Source: a candidate division WWE3 bacterium RIFOXYB1_FULL_43_24
Lineage (GTDB): Bacteria > Patescibacteriota > WWE3 > UBA101185 > UBA10185
Length of the DNA: 51,990 nucleotides
Reading direction: 5' to 3'
NCBI GenBank assembly: GCA_001773135.1
Contig: MEVX01000008.1
Location: forward strand, 91,992-143,981
Shown: piece by piece, positions 26,726 through 37,442 of the stretch
How positions within the stretch are numbered: the stretch's first letter is position 1
Layout of the letters: each line of letters opens with the position of its first letter
Notes under the pieces: generated by a model
What the model was told of the DNA's origin: nothing
Databases searched by the model: none
What the model saw: only the letters and a program-made list of their open reading frames with translations
Position numbers and translations under genes: made by a program

Positions 26726-27832
26726 TCAAAGCCTAAATGCTTTTTGCAGTATTCTCGAAATAAGATCACTGCCTTTTTTTGCTGTTAATCTTGAACGGAT
26801 GGTGAGATCCAGCGCCAGATTGGTAACGCTCGCAACTGCCAAAGTTAGAAGTTTAAGTCTGGGAAACAGTAGGAAGACTCCGAATAGAACAGTGTTAAAT
26901 GTTACGAATTTTATTAGGTCACTTTTTGCATCATTAAAACTTTTTCTAATTGCTTCTTTCAGCATATCCATGGTGTTTCTTTTTGTACCTCCGAAGTTTT
27001 CAAGTTCGTGAGAAAAGTTTGAGTAATACCTTCTGGCACTGGCAAAAACTTTTATCATATTTCTCAATACTTCCAGCGATACAGTTGTTACTATTAAGGC
27101 TATGGTGGTAGTAACGTGTTTGTCGTAAACAAAACTTCTTACCATAAGATCGTAACCTCTAAATTCAGCTTTCAACGGAATGTTAAGGTCTGCAGGTAGA
27201 AAGAAAAGGTTAACACTGTCCATTGTTAAAAAGAAGACGAATAAAACAACCTCAATTCCATCAATAAAGCCTGCTTTAAACTTTTTCTGAAACTGTCCTT
27301 TCCAGGTAAGTTCTATTATGGTGTTAGGCTGTGGTTTGCTAAGTAATCCGAAGCCGAGGATAGCAGCTGCCGTTATAATCACGGTCATTATAGTAACGTC
27401 GTGGCTTTTACCTACTGTTTTGTATATGTATAAAAGTAGAACATATACCAAAAATGCGGCTATGTAAGCAAAGATAGGTGAGGCGAACAGCAAAAATTCT
27501 TTTAGAAGGTCAACAAATCTTTTCCAAAGATTCTTTAAGAATTCTAGGAAGTCGATAAATGTAAGCGCGCCTTCAAGTAAAAGATCAAGTACCCTACCGG
27601 CTTCATTCTTCATTCCTATGATGACCAAAATTCCCAGTGTAAAAAAAATAGCGGCTGATGCCATAAGAATTATCCAGACAACGTTTAGTATTACTGAAAC
27701 TGTTTCCGGAAACAGGAAACCTGCAGCAAGGAACAGCGCCAATATTACTATCAAAGTAGTAAGTAGTTGGAATACCTTTCGGTCCATGTTATTTTTACCG
27801 ACTTGGCCGGTAAATAAATCTTTTAGTGTCAT
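26726..27832 (-). CDS. Multi-pass membrane protein of unknown function
   Basis: Several long hydrophobic segments. No catalytic motif seen. Confidence 0.45.
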   Translation of the reverse strand: MTLKDLFTGQVGKNNMDRKVFQLLTTLIVILALFLAAGFLFPETVSVILNVVWIILMASAAIFFTLGILVIIGMKNEAGRVLDLLLEGALTFIDFLEFLKNLWKRFVDLLKEFLLFASPIFAYIAAFLVYVLLLYIYKTVGKSHDVTIMTVIITAAAILGFGLLSKPQPNTIIELTWKGQFQKKFKAGFIDGIEVVLFVFFLTMDSVNLFFLPADLNIPLKAEFRGYDLMVRSFVYDKHVTTTIALIVTTVSLEVLRNMIKVFASARRYYSNFSHELENFGGTKRNTMDMLKEAIRKSFNDAKSDLIKFVTFNTVLFGVFLLFPRLKLLTLAVASVTNLALDLTIRSRLTAKKGSDLISRILQKAFRL

Positions 27833-28608
27833 TTATCTTTTAAAGTTAATATTTCGTAACCATCTTTTGTTACTAAAATCGTATGTTCGGCCTGAGCGAA
27901 GTACCCGCCGTCTTCCATACGTGTTTCCCACTCACTAGCGTTAATCACTTTGTCGCCGCCCGTACAAACTAAAGCCTCTATGCATATGGTCATGCCCTCA
28001 AGAAGTTTCGCGCCGTCGGTTACATTGCCGTAGCAAGGTATCTCCGGGTATTCGTGCATTTCCCTGCCTATGCCGTGCCCCGCGTAGTCTTTGAGTACGT
28101 TTAAGCCTTGTGATTCTACTATTTTTTGCATTTTGTTGCTAATCCGGCCTATCCGTACGCCCGGACCAACTTCTGAGATGGATGCGTAAAGTACTTTCTC
28201 TGCAGTGTCTACCAACTTCTTTTTTAGCCCGTCTTTTTCTTTCCCGACAATGGTTGAGAACGCGGCGTCGACGTTCAGTCCTTTATAATTTATTACCGTG
28301 TCAACAGTCACTACATCCCCGTCTTTTAAAATTACTTTTTTTCTTGGAAAACAGTGTACTGATTGATTATTTATACTTAAGCAAAGACCGGTAGGGAATG
28401 GCGGCATCCCGTACGGAGCATAACCTTTGCAGGTGGGAGTCACGTTATTTTTTTGGCACATTCTTATAAACTCCTTTTCCAGATCAAGGCATTTTCTGCC
28501 CGGTGTAAGCATTTTTCTGAGTTCCGACAATATATCGGCAAGGATTTTTCCGCCTATCCTCATTTTATTTATATCTTCGGTGTTTTTGACAAAACCCATA
28601 TAGTCCAT
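27829..28608 (-). CDS. map: Methionine aminopeptidase, type I
   Basis: Metal ligand regions DGDVVTVD, YAGHGIG, EHTILVT. Confidence 0.9.
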   Translation of the reverse strand: MDYMGFVKNTEDINKMRIGGKILADILSELRKMLTPGRKCLDLEKEFIRMCQKNNVTPTCKGYAPYGMPPFPTGLCLSINNQSVHCFPRKKVILKDGDVVTVDTVINYKGLNVDAAFSTIVGKEKDGLKKKLVDTAEKVLYASISEVGPGVRIGRISNKMQKIVESQGLNVLKDYAGHGIGREMHEYPEIPCYGNVTDGAKLLEGMTICIEALVCTGGDKVINASEWETRMEDGGYFAQAEHTILVTKDGYEILTLKDK

Positions 28609-28681
28609 TATACCCCAGAATTATGGGGGTTACTTATAGTCGCTAGTTTTCTTACAAATACAAAAATGATAATATTCGGGT

Positions 28682-29428
28682 ATGCCCGATATTAAAAAAC
28701 TCATAAATATATCCCTTTTGGTTAATATTTTCGTATCGATCGTATTTGCTGCCTTGGTAGGAATGGGTGTTTGGTATTTAGTTAAAGTTTCTACACCCCA
28801 GACCATCTCGGTATCCGGGTCTTCTACCTCTGTTGTAAAAAATCAAATTGCCTCGTACTCACTCACAATAGAAGTATCGGATCCTGATAAGGCCAAAGCA
28901 GTCGAAGCTCTTAGCGAAAGAGCCAAAAGCGTTGTTCAGATAATAAAGGATTTTGGTATACCCGAAGCCGACGTTGAAACTACAAGTTTAAACGTTTACC
29001 AACGCCAGGACTCTGTGTACCGCGGGGGTGTAACAACTTATGAATTGGGCGATTGGTTCGCTTCTTACACAATAAACACAAAGCTGCGTGATTTAACAAA
29101 ATCGGATGATTTAACCGCTCTTTTGGCAACTGTAGAAAAAGCTTCTATGTGGGGGCCGAACCTGACAATTGACGATAAAACTATAGACGAAGAAGCACTT
29201 CTTAGTGAAGCTATAGAGGATGCCAGAAGCAAGGCCTCGGCTATAGCTGCGGGAGTGGGAAAAAAGCTTGGAAAAGTAGTCATGATAAACGAGGGCTCTG
29301 CCCAATATATGTACGGTGGTGTCAAATATGATATGGGAATGGGCGCCGGAGGTGGGGGAGGGATACCGGTTGAACCGGGTTCTACAACAACCTATAAAAA
29401 CGTAACCGTAGTGTTTGAATTGAGATAA
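28682..29428 (+). CDS. SIMPL/DUF541-domain secreted protein
   Basis: N-terminal TM/signal and SIMPL-like layout, with a Gly-rich segment near the C-terminus. Confidence 0.5.
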   Translation: MPDIKKLINISLLVNIFVSIVFAALVGMGVWYLVKVSTPQTISVSGSSTSVVKNQIASYSLTIEVSDPDKAKAVEALSERAKSVVQIIKDFGIPEADVETTSLNVYQRQDSVYRGGVTTYELGDWFASYTINTKLRDLTKSDDLTALLATVEKASMWGPNLTIDDKTIDEEALLSEAIEDARSKASAIAAGVGKKLGKVVMINEGSAQYMYGGVKYDMGMGAGGGGGIPVEPGSTTTYKNVTVVFELR

Positions 29429-29479
29429 TCGCTAATTGAAAAAATAATGGAACGCTTCCTGAAAAGGGGCGTTTCTTTT

Positions 29480-31939
29480 TTACACGACCAGGCTTACAAT
29501 CTTATCTTTCACATAAATTAATTTCTTAATTTGTCGTCCGTCCAATGACTTTATAACATCTGAGTTATTTCTAACCAGGTTTTCGACGGACTGTTCGTCT
29601 GCCCCCCTATCTAATTCAATCTCAGCGCGCACTTTACCATTTATCTGCACCGGGATAGTGAGGGTATTTTCAGTTAGTTTTGAGGCATCGAATTTAGGCC
29701 ATTCCTGCAAATGCACACTGTTCTTTTTGTCCCAACCGGTCAGGTTATTTATCTCGTGCCAAAGTTCTTCGGCGACAAAAGGAATGAAGGGGGCCAGTAA
29801 TTTTATATACCCTTTCCACTGTTCTATGTTTATCGAAGAAGCTTTCTTTGCCGCATTTGCGAATATCATAAACTCACTAACGCAGGTATTCATTTTTAGG
29901 TCCTCACACATTTCCGTAACTTTTTTAACCATCAGGTTGTAGTCTTTTTCCAATTCTAATCCTGCACTCACCTCACTACTTACCTTTTCTTTCAGCAAAA
30001 ACAGATTATCGATAAATCTTTTTGTTGCTTTGACCCCGTGGTCATCCCAGGGGTATGTTTCATCATAAGGGCCTATAAAACACAGATAAAGTCTGCACGC
30101 GTCGGCCCCAAAATAATCGACCAGTTCCTTGGGATCTATCACGTTACCGCGTGATTTAGACATTTTCTGACCGTCAGCTCCCAGCAGTAGTCCGCCGGTC
30201 ATTCTCCATTTATACGGTTCGGATGTGGGAACCAAGCCGAGATCGTAAAAAAACTTGTGCCAAAATCTCGAGTATAAGAGATGCGCGGTTGTATGACCTC
30301 CGTCTCCGAAGTATTTATCGACCGGAAGCCAGTATTTTAATATCTCCGGATCTGCAAAAGCATTTTCGTTCTTGGGATCGCAATACCTTAGGTAATACCA
30401 GCTTGAACCGGCCCATGTGGGCATTGTTTCTGTTTCTCTTTTTGCGGGGTTCCCGTTCTTATCGGTTGTTTGCACCCAATCAACCAGTCTCTCTAAGGGA
30501 GCACGTCCGTTTTCGGAAGGCGCGTAATCTTTTGTGTAAGGAAGCTCTACCGGAAGCTTTTCTTGTACTTCTTGTACGTTTTTTGTATCCACAACAGCCT
30601 CCAAAGTTCCGTCTTGTCTGTACACAACCGGTATGGGTTCTCCCCAGTATCTTTGTCTGGAAAATACCCAATCTCTTAGCTTGTAATTTATTTTAAATTT
30701 GCCGAACCCCTCCTTTTCGGCCTTATCGGTCATTTCCTTTATTACTTGTTCTGATGTTTTACCGGAGTAATCTCCGGAGTTTATAGATATGCCGTATCCC
30801 GTAAACGGTTCTTTTAATACGTCCGTATTTTCTCCGTCTATGGGTTTTACTACTTGTCTTATTTCAAGTCCGTATTTTACGGAAAATTCGTGGTCTCTTT
30901 GGTCGTGACCCGGAACACACATTATTGCTCCTGTTCCGTAGGTTGTTAACACAAAATCGGCAACCCACACAGGACATTTTTCGCCACTAAAAGGATTTAG
31001 AACATAGGTTCCCGCGAACACACCGGACTTATCTTTTTGTATTGTTGTTCTCTCCATTTCGCTTTTTTGTTTTGCAGCTTTAACATATGTTTCAACTTCT
31101 CCGCGGTGTTCTTCAGATACGAAATTGTACAAATCTGCATATTCAGGAGAAATAATTACTGCAGAAGCACCGTATATGGTGTCAATTCTTGTTGTAAAAA
31201 CCCTTATCGGGTTATCTTCCGATTTAAAATCGACCTCAGCCCCTATTGATTTACCGATCCAATTAATTTGTGCGGTTTTTATATAGTCCGGAAAGTCCGT
31301 TTCTTTTAAACCATCTATTAATTTCTCAGCATATTCAGGTATTTTTAACACCCACTGCTTAAACATTTTTCTTTCAACCGCGTAACTTCCGCGTTCGCTT
31401 ATTTTTTCACCGTTTTTACCTGTCAAAACTTCTTCTTCGGCAAGGACGCCCAACTCTTTACACCACCATACCGGCATTTTCTCCTGAACAGCTAGTCCAT
31501 TCTCAAAAAATTTCAGGAAAAGCCACTGCGTCCATTTGTAGTATTTGGGGTCGGACGTCGTGATTTCGCGGTTCCAGTCGATTCCGTAGCCAAAATCCTG
31601 CGCTGATTGTTTATACCCTTTTGCGAGATCTTCAGTAACTTCCTGTGGCGTTTTACCCATCTTTAAGGCATATCCTTCGGTAGGAAGACCGAAAGCGTCC
31701 CAGCCCATCGGGTACATCACGTTATAGCCGTTCATTCTTAGGTACCTGGAGTAAACATCGGGCACGGTGTATCTCATCATGTGGCCGGCGTGTAAATAAG
31801 GCCCGGAGGGGTAGGGAAGCTCGGCGAGGATGTATTTCTTAGGTTTTTCGGAGAAATCTACTGCTTCATAAATATTGTCACGGTACCAATGCTCTTTCCA
31901 TTTATTCTCTATTTGTTTGTGGTCGTATTTTGTTTCCAT
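29480..31939 (-). CDS. leuS: Leucyl-tRNA synthetase
   Basis: HAGH (HIGH-type) motif, KMSKS, editing-domain insertion, 819 aa. Confidence 0.95.
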   Translation of the reverse strand: METKYDHKQIENKWKEHWYRDNIYEAVDFSEKPKKYILAELPYPSGPYLHAGHMMRYTVPDVYSRYLRMNGYNVMYPMGWDAFGLPTEGYALKMGKTPQEVTEDLAKGYKQSAQDFGYGIDWNREITTSDPKYYKWTQWLFLKFFENGLAVQEKMPVWWCKELGVLAEEEVLTGKNGEKISERGSYAVERKMFKQWVLKIPEYAEKLIDGLKETDFPDYIKTAQINWIGKSIGAEVDFKSEDNPIRVFTTRIDTIYGASAVIISPEYADLYNFVSEEHRGEVETYVKAAKQKSEMERTTIQKDKSGVFAGTYVLNPFSGEKCPVWVADFVLTTYGTGAIMCVPGHDQRDHEFSVKYGLEIRQVVKPIDGENTDVLKEPFTGYGISINSGDYSGKTSEQVIKEMTDKAEKEGFGKFKINYKLRDWVFSRQRYWGEPIPVVYRQDGTLEAVVDTKNVQEVQEKLPVELPYTKDYAPSENGRAPLERLVDWVQTTDKNGNPAKRETETMPTWAGSSWYYLRYCDPKNENAFADPEILKYWLPVDKYFGDGGHTTAHLLYSRFWHKFFYDLGLVPTSEPYKWRMTGGLLLGADGQKMSKSRGNVIDPKELVDYFGADACRLYLCFIGPYDETYPWDDHGVKATKRFIDNLFLLKEKVSSEVSAGLELEKDYNLMVKKVTEMCEDLKMNTCVSEFMIFANAAKKASSINIEQWKGYIKLLAPFIPFVAEELWHEINNLTGWDKKNSVHLQEWPKFDASKLTENTLTIPVQINGKVRAEIELDRGADEQSVENLVRNNSDVIKSLDGRQIKKLIYVKDKIVSLVV

Positions 31940-31994
31940 ATTTTTTGAAAAATAAAGGTTGTAATTTAGTTGATTTTATAATATATTTCACCCT

Positions 31995-32171
31995 ATGGCA
32001 AAGAAAAAAGGCAACAGATTAATAATAGGTCTTGAGTGCACCGAAACAGGTATGAGATCATACGTAACTCAGAAAAACCGTATCAATACAACGGATAAGG
32101 TCGAGTTGATGAAGTATAACCGCAAACTTAGGAAACACACTCTTCATAAGGAAGTACAGAGGCTCAAATAA
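31995..32171 (+). CDS. rpmG: 50S ribosomal protein L33 (below the ORF-track cutoff)
   Basis: Hand translation: [58 protein letters not shown]. This is the typical L33 pattern. Confidence 0.85.
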   Translation: MAKKKGNRLIIGLECTETGMRSYVTQKNRINTTDKVELMKYNRKLRKHTLHKEVQRLK

Positions 32172-32184
32172 CCCTAACTTAGGG

Positions 32185-33591
32185 TCAATTTAGCTCTTTT
32201 TTATCAGAATCCTTTCTTAAGGCTTTTTTGATTTCATCCCTGGCTTTACGCGTCTTAACGAAATCCAGCCAGTCAGGACTGGGAAGTTTTTTGTGTTTCA
32301 GGATCTTTATTTCAACTCTATCTCCATCTTTTAACTCGTAACTAAGCTTCTGAAAATCATCGTTTACAGCAACTCCGACACATGCGTTGCCCAAATCTTT
32401 ATGGATACTGTACGCAAAATCTATCGGGGTAGCACTACGGGGTAATTGTTTAATATCACCTTTAGGAGTGAATACATACACGTATTTTTTAAACAAATCG
32501 ATTCTAAGATCCCCTTTGTTTTTAATAAAACTTATATCAGTGATCCAATCAGGGGATTCCTGAAAACTTTTCTTTAGCTGCGCCCCCGTCTTATAAAACG
32601 TGTGACTTGCCAGACCGAACTCGTTCTCTTCGTGCATCTCTTTTGTCTTAATTTGTATCTCCAAATTCATAGTAGGGCTAATTACAAAAGTATTATGTAT
32701 GCTTTTATACCCGCTGGGTTTTGGGTGCAGAATGTAGTCATCCCGTTCGCCGCTAACAACACCCCACGCTTGTTTTAATATATCTTCTGTTAAATAGCAC
32801 TGTTCTACAGAGTCAACCAGCACCCGCATTGCCGCGAGGTCGTATATTTGATTTAAACTCTTGTAATTTTTGGATTGGCGGTATCTTTGCATCTTTTTAT
32901 AAATACTGTAAGTATGTTTTATTCTATAATCCACCTTTGCTTGTATTTCTTTTTCTTCAAGAATTTCTTTAACAAATTGGGCTGTATCTTTTAGAACCAC
33001 CTCCATCTCAGACATTTTCTTTTTCAGATAGGCTTCAATAGAGTAGTATTCTCCGGGATTTAATATTTTAAAAGCTTCGTTTTCCAACTCCACAACAAAC
33101 CTGTGGATGCCTAAAAGTTGGCAGATCGGAGAATAAAGGTACATGGCTTTTTCAGCCACACGCCGGGAGTTTTCTTTAGGAAGAACAAAGGCGGATCTTA
33201 TATTGTCAACCTTATCGGCAAGTCTAATTATCAAAGTTTTCGGATTTTTAATCAGGTTTAGATAAGTCTGGACAATTATGCTTTCATTATAATTTTTAGG
33301 ATCTATCGAACTTATCTCGTTACCGGAAATACGGTGGTACTCAGTCACTATTTCGGCAATTTCTACACCAAAATCTTTTTTAAGATTTTCTTTTGTATAT
33401 TTTTTACTATCGAGGACGTGATGAAGATAAGCCCCCGCCAAAATCTCAGGGTCATTGACGTTGTTTTCTTCCAATAGTTCAACCACCCTGTGCAAGTGCC
33501 AATAGTATCCCTCACCGGAAAGGCGTTGATGATTCTCGTGTATTTTTAGGGCAACGGACCCGGCTTTTTCGACGATATCTTTATTACTCAT
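32185..33591 (-). CDS. RelA/SpoT-family (p)ppGpp synthetase/hydrolase homolog (HD + synthetase + TGS)
   Basis: N-terminal HD region (HLHRVVELL...AYLHHVLD), synthetase region (YKSIHNTF...EIQIKT), and TGS (VYVFTPKGD). Confidence 0.8.
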   Translation of the reverse strand: MSNKDIVEKAGSVALKIHENHQRLSGEGYYWHLHRVVELLEENNVNDPEILAGAYLHHVLDSKKYTKENLKKDFGVEIAEIVTEYHRISGNEISSIDPKNYNESIIVQTYLNLIKNPKTLIIRLADKVDNIRSAFVLPKENSRRVAEKAMYLYSPICQLLGIHRFVVELENEAFKILNPGEYYSIEAYLKKKMSEMEVVLKDTAQFVKEILEEKEIQAKVDYRIKHTYSIYKKMQRYRQSKNYKSLNQIYDLAAMRVLVDSVEQCYLTEDILKQAWGVVSGERDDYILHPKPSGYKSIHNTFVISPTMNLEIQIKTKEMHEENEFGLASHTFYKTGAQLKKSFQESPDWITDISFIKNKGDLRIDLFKKYVYVFTPKGDIKQLPRSATPIDFAYSIHKDLGNACVGVAVNDDFQKLSYELKDGDRVEIKILKHKKLPSPDWLDFVKTRKARDEIKKALRKDSDKKELN

Positions 33592-33619
33592 TTATTTAGG
33601 AAACTTCCCTCCTTTTTTA

Positions 33620-34672
33620 TTATCTCAGGAGTGTCAATGGATGCAACTTACTCACTAGTTTTGAGTAAAAAGTTAGGTTATGAATTGTAGCAAGACGCCC
33701 GGCATTAGAGTCGCCCTGTTTAAACAAATGGTAAAGATAAGCACGGCTATGCTTTGTACAGACTTCGCAAGTGCAGGAATCAGACACCGCACTCATATCT
33801 GTTTTGTGTTTTTGAGCTCTCATATAAACGAATCCGTAACCTTTTTCAGCTTTGTCATCAAGAACATAAAGTCTTTTATGCCTTGCGTCGCGGGTTGGAA
33901 GTACACAATCGAACATGTTGTACCCCATTTCGACGCATTTTTTTATGTCTTCCGGTTTGCCCACCCCCATAGCGTATTTTGGCATCCCTTCAGGCATTAA
34001 ATCAGCCGTATAAGACGTAATTTCGTCCAAAAACTGTCCGTTTCCATCAACCGGCCAGCCGCCGTAAGCGTAGCCATCGAAGCCTATTTTTATGAGTTCT
34101 TCGGCACATTTTTTGCGCAGTTCTTTGCTGTCCCCTCCCTGTATTATTGCGAACAATAGAGGTTTCCCTTTCTTTATATTGTTAAATTCGTCTTTACATC
34201 TTTTAGCCCACTCTATTGTCCGCATAACAGAAAGTTCCTGTTCTTTTCGGGATTCGCCGGGGTCCGTGCAGTCATCCAAGCACATCATAATATCAGCTCC
34301 AAGTTTAGCTTGAGTTTGAATACAATTTTCCGGTGTGAGTGTGATTTTTTTTCTCGAACCGTCTATTTTAAATTTAATACCTTCTCTTGTAATTTTACCG
34401 TTTCCTGGGTTTCTTCTAACTAAAGACATTGCCTGGAATCCGCCCGAGTCGGTTATTATAGGTAAGTTTAAACCCATGAATTTATGAAGGCCTCCACACT
34501 CTTCAATAATTTCCACCGTCTTGTCTACAATTGCGTGGTAAGTGTTTACAACCAGACCTGTGGTTCCCGAGGATAATATGTCAGAAGAAGAAACCCCTTT
34601 AATATAAGCGTGAGTAGCGTCGGGGAAAAATGCGGGATATTCTATTGTACCGTGTTTAGTCTTTAGACCCAT
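33620..34672 (-). CDS. tgt: tRNA-guanine transglycosylase
   Basis: TDSGGFQ, GYAYGG, and the zinc site CTCEVC...H. Confidence 0.9.
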   Translation of the reverse strand: MGLKTKHGTIEYPAFFPDATHAYIKGVSSSDILSSGTTGLVVNTYHAIVDKTVEIIEECGGLHKFMGLNLPIITDSGGFQAMSLVRRNPGNGKITREGIKFKIDGSRKKITLTPENCIQTQAKLGADIMMCLDDCTDPGESRKEQELSVMRTIEWAKRCKDEFNNIKKGKPLLFAIIQGGDSKELRKKCAEELIKIGFDGYAYGGWPVDGNGQFLDEITSYTADLMPEGMPKYAMGVGKPEDIKKCVEMGYNMFDCVLPTRDARHKRLYVLDDKAEKGYGFVYMRAQKHKTDMSAVSDSCTCEVCTKHSRAYLYHLFKQGDSNAGRLATIHNLTFYSKLVSKLHPLTLLR

Positions 34673-34690
34673 ATAGTGTTAAAATGATCA

Positions 34691-35383
34691 ATGCTTATGT
34701 TTATACCTAAGCCGAAATTATATATTGTATCCACTCCGATTGGAAATATGGCCGATATTACCTACAGAGCCGTAGAGGTTCTTAAGGCTGTAGACATGAT
34801 TTTATCAGAAGATACAAGGGAAACGGATAAGATTTTAAAAATGTACGGATTTTCAAAGCCTCAAATTTCCTATAGAGATCAGAACCACGCCAGAGTAATA
34901 GAACAAATAAAAAACTCTTTGAGAGAGGGCAAGTCGTTAGCGTTAGTCTCAGATAGCGGTACCCCTTTAATATCGGATCCCGGATTTAAACTCGTGAGAG
35001 ATATTATTACTGAAAACATAGAAATAGAATCCATCCCGGGTCCCTCTGCGGTCACTGCGGCATTATCAATCTCCGGTCTCCCTACTGACAAATTTTTGTT
35101 TGTAGGTTTCTTGCCTAAAACTGAGACCCAAAAAGAAAATTTTTTCAAGAAATACGCAGATATTGATGCAACCTTGATATTTTATGAGTCTCCATTTAGA
35201 CTATCAAAGTCTATGAAAATTGCCCACGAAGTTTTAGGACATAGGCAGGCTTGTGTGTGTAATGACATCACAAAATTACACGAAGAAGTTGTAAGGGGCA
35301 GTTTGATGGAACTTTCCAATTACTATTTACAAAAAAAGATAAAGGGCGAGTATGTTGTGTTGATAGCGAAAAAGGATTACTGA
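34691..35383 (+). CDS. rsmI: 16S rRNA (cytidine1402-2'-O)-methyltransferase
   Basis: Tetrapyrrole-methylase fold: YIVSTPIGNMADITYRAVEVL, SDSGTPLISDPG. Confidence 0.85.
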   Translation: MLMFIPKPKLYIVSTPIGNMADITYRAVEVLKAVDMILSEDTRETDKILKMYGFSKPQISYRDQNHARVIEQIKNSLREGKSLALVSDSGTPLISDPGFKLVRDIITENIEIESIPGPSAVTAALSISGLPTDKFLFVGFLPKTETQKENFFKKYADIDATLIFYESPFRLSKSMKIAHEVLGHRQACVCNDITKLHEEVVRGSLMELSNYYLQKKIKGEYVVLIAKKDY

Positions 35384-35384
35384 G

Positions 35385-37442
35385 GTGGACAAAGTTTTTA
35401 TTGCAGAAAAAAATCACGTAGAAAAGATAAAAGATTCTGTGAAAAAGGCGTTGTCGAATTTGGAACAAATATTAAGAAAAGTAGGTGTAACAAATCTCGA
35501 CAGACTTAAAGAGCTTAAACAAGAAGGGGAATTTGGTCCCGATTTTTTGATGTACCTGGAACAACTTCACGAAAAGAATGCCGCACTAAATTTGAAGGGT
35601 AAGTTTAAGCGGATGGAGGAGTTAAAATATCTTTTATCCCAGCCGTATTTTGCCCGAATAGATCTTAAAGGAGGTGGGAAGGCTGAAAAAGTTTACATCG
35701 GAAAGTTCGGACTTCCCGAGTCGCCCTCATCGGTAACTGATTGGCGCGCAAAGATCGCATCCGTTTACTACAGGTATCGGTACCCTCAGAAAGACATTTA
35801 CTACGACACGCCGGGCGGAGTGGAGAAAAAAGACCTGTTGTTAAAAAGAACCTACGAAATAGCCGACGGCGAATTGATCAAGTACTACAACAACGACATA
35901 CAATTGGACGAAAATGAAATAATTATCGATAAAATAGGAAAGAAAACCGGCGGCGTTTTGGAAGATATTATAGAAACAATCCAACAATCTCAGATGGATA
36001 TAATAGAGTCTGATCCCAGGCAAATTTGTATTGTTCAGGGATGTGTGGGTAGCGGAAAAAGTACCGTAGCCATTCATAAATTAGCTCATATATTTTTTAA
36101 TTATCCCAACTTAATTCACTCAGAAAAATCTATAGTTGTTGCAAAAAATCAAATACTGGTGGGGTATCTCTCTACTCTTTTCCCGAGGTTAGGAATTTTT
36201 GACATAAATTACAAAACAGTTAGAGAGATGGTTGTTAATCTAATATTTCGGGAACAAATACAGATTAAAACCGACCTGGATAACCTGGGCGATCTAAAAG
36301 GATTTAAACTTGAGGATCTAAATAATCTTTATATTTCTTTGGAAAAAATTCACGCTACTTATGAAAAAAAACTAAGTGATCTTTTTAAAGTAACCGAATT
36401 TGAACCGTTCGGTGGGTACAGGTATTCAACAAACATGTCGCCTTTCGAAAATATCAATGAAATACTTACAGAGCTTGAAGAAGAAATTTCAAACCAGAAG
36501 GACGAGCTTAAAGAGTTACCTAATGATTCGATTAAGGCTTATTTGTGCCGGGAAAATCTAAAGAGTTTAAGAAAATTAGTTAACAAGCTGTCCGATATGA
36601 AAAACGATATAAAAACCAACTCTGTCCAGGAGGTCGCTAAAAGTTTCGGAGTAGATACCAAGAAAAGCCTTACTTACGCGGAAACCATCTTATATGTATA
36701 TATCTACCTTTCCCTTATGGGCATTCATAAACACCCAACGTACGAGTATTGTGTCGTAGATGAGGGGCAGGATTTTTCTCCGCTTGAGTACGCGATAATG
36801 TCCAAAGTTGTACTACGGGGAAGATTTGGAATATTCGGAGATCTTAATCAGTCATTAGACCCATCAGGAATAGAAAGGTGGGAAGACCTTTTTGAAATTA
36901 TCAAAGAAGCAAAATCATCTGTGAGGTTTGAACTATCCACAAACTATAGAAGCACCAAACCCATAATCGATCTAGCCAGAAAAATTCTGAACCCGTTTAC
37001 AAATAATTTCATGCCGGAGTCTATAAATAGAATGGGCGCCGAGCCGTTAATAAGGTTGGTTGAAAACAATGCGCAAGTGATGAACGAGTTTTTGTCAGCG
37101 ATAAAAAAGGAAGCAAAGGATTTAGACAAAAGTATCGGGGTTATCTGCCACGACGATACATTACTTGACCAGGTATCTAGAGAAATGAAAAAATTAATAA
37201 AGAACCCCGCACAGCTGGTGATTTTAGATTCCGGAACCCGCGTCAATTATATCCCTAAAGGTGTGTATGTTATGAACAGCATAAATTCAAAAGGACTCGA
37301 GTTTTCAAAAGTTTACGTTCTCGGACTAAATCCCGAAAAAATCGAGAGCTTTGACGAAGCGAGAAAAGCTTTCGTTGTTACTACCAGAGCAATGAACGAA
37401 CTGGTAATATATGGTGTAAGGGATCATGAAAAAACTAATTGA
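35385..37442 (+). CDS. UvrD/HelD-like superfamily-1 helicase
   Basis: GCVGSGKST Walker A, VDEGQDFSP, YRST, and a HelD-like N-terminal extension. GTG start. Confidence 0.7.
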   Translation: MDKVFIAEKNHVEKIKDSVKKALSNLEQILRKVGVTNLDRLKELKQEGEFGPDFLMYLEQLHEKNAALNLKGKFKRMEELKYLLSQPYFARIDLKGGGKAEKVYIGKFGLPESPSSVTDWRAKIASVYYRYRYPQKDIYYDTPGGVEKKDLLLKRTYEIADGELIKYYNNDIQLDENEIIIDKIGKKTGGVLEDIIETIQQSQMDIIESDPRQICIVQGCVGSGKSTVAIHKLAHIFFNYPNLIHSEKSIVVAKNQILVGYLSTLFPRLGIFDINYKTVREMVVNLIFREQIQIKTDLDNLGDLKGFKLEDLNNLYISLEKIHATYEKKLSDLFKVTEFEPFGGYRYSTNMSPFENINEILTELEEEISNQKDELKELPNDSIKAYLCRENLKSLRKLVNKLSDMKNDIKTNSVQEVAKSFGVDTKKSLTYAETILYVYIYLSLMGIHKHPTYEYCVVDEGQDFSPLEYAIMSKVVLRGRFGIFGDLNQSLDPSGIERWEDLFEIIKEAKSSVRFELSTNYRSTKPIIDLARKILNPFTNNFMPESINRMGAEPLIRLVENNAQVMNEFLSAIKKEAKDLDKSIGVICHDDTLLDQVSREMKKLIKNPAQLVILDSGTRVNYIPKGVYVMNSINSKGLEFSKVYVLGLNPEKIESFDEARKAFVVTTRAMNELVIYGVRDHEKTN

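Noticed and set aside
31940-31994. T-box or other leader riboswitch upstream of leuS (and hisS at 5154-5239)
   Set aside because: The intergenic leaders are only about 55 and 86 nt, far shorter than a T-box. I saw no specifier or antiterminator features.
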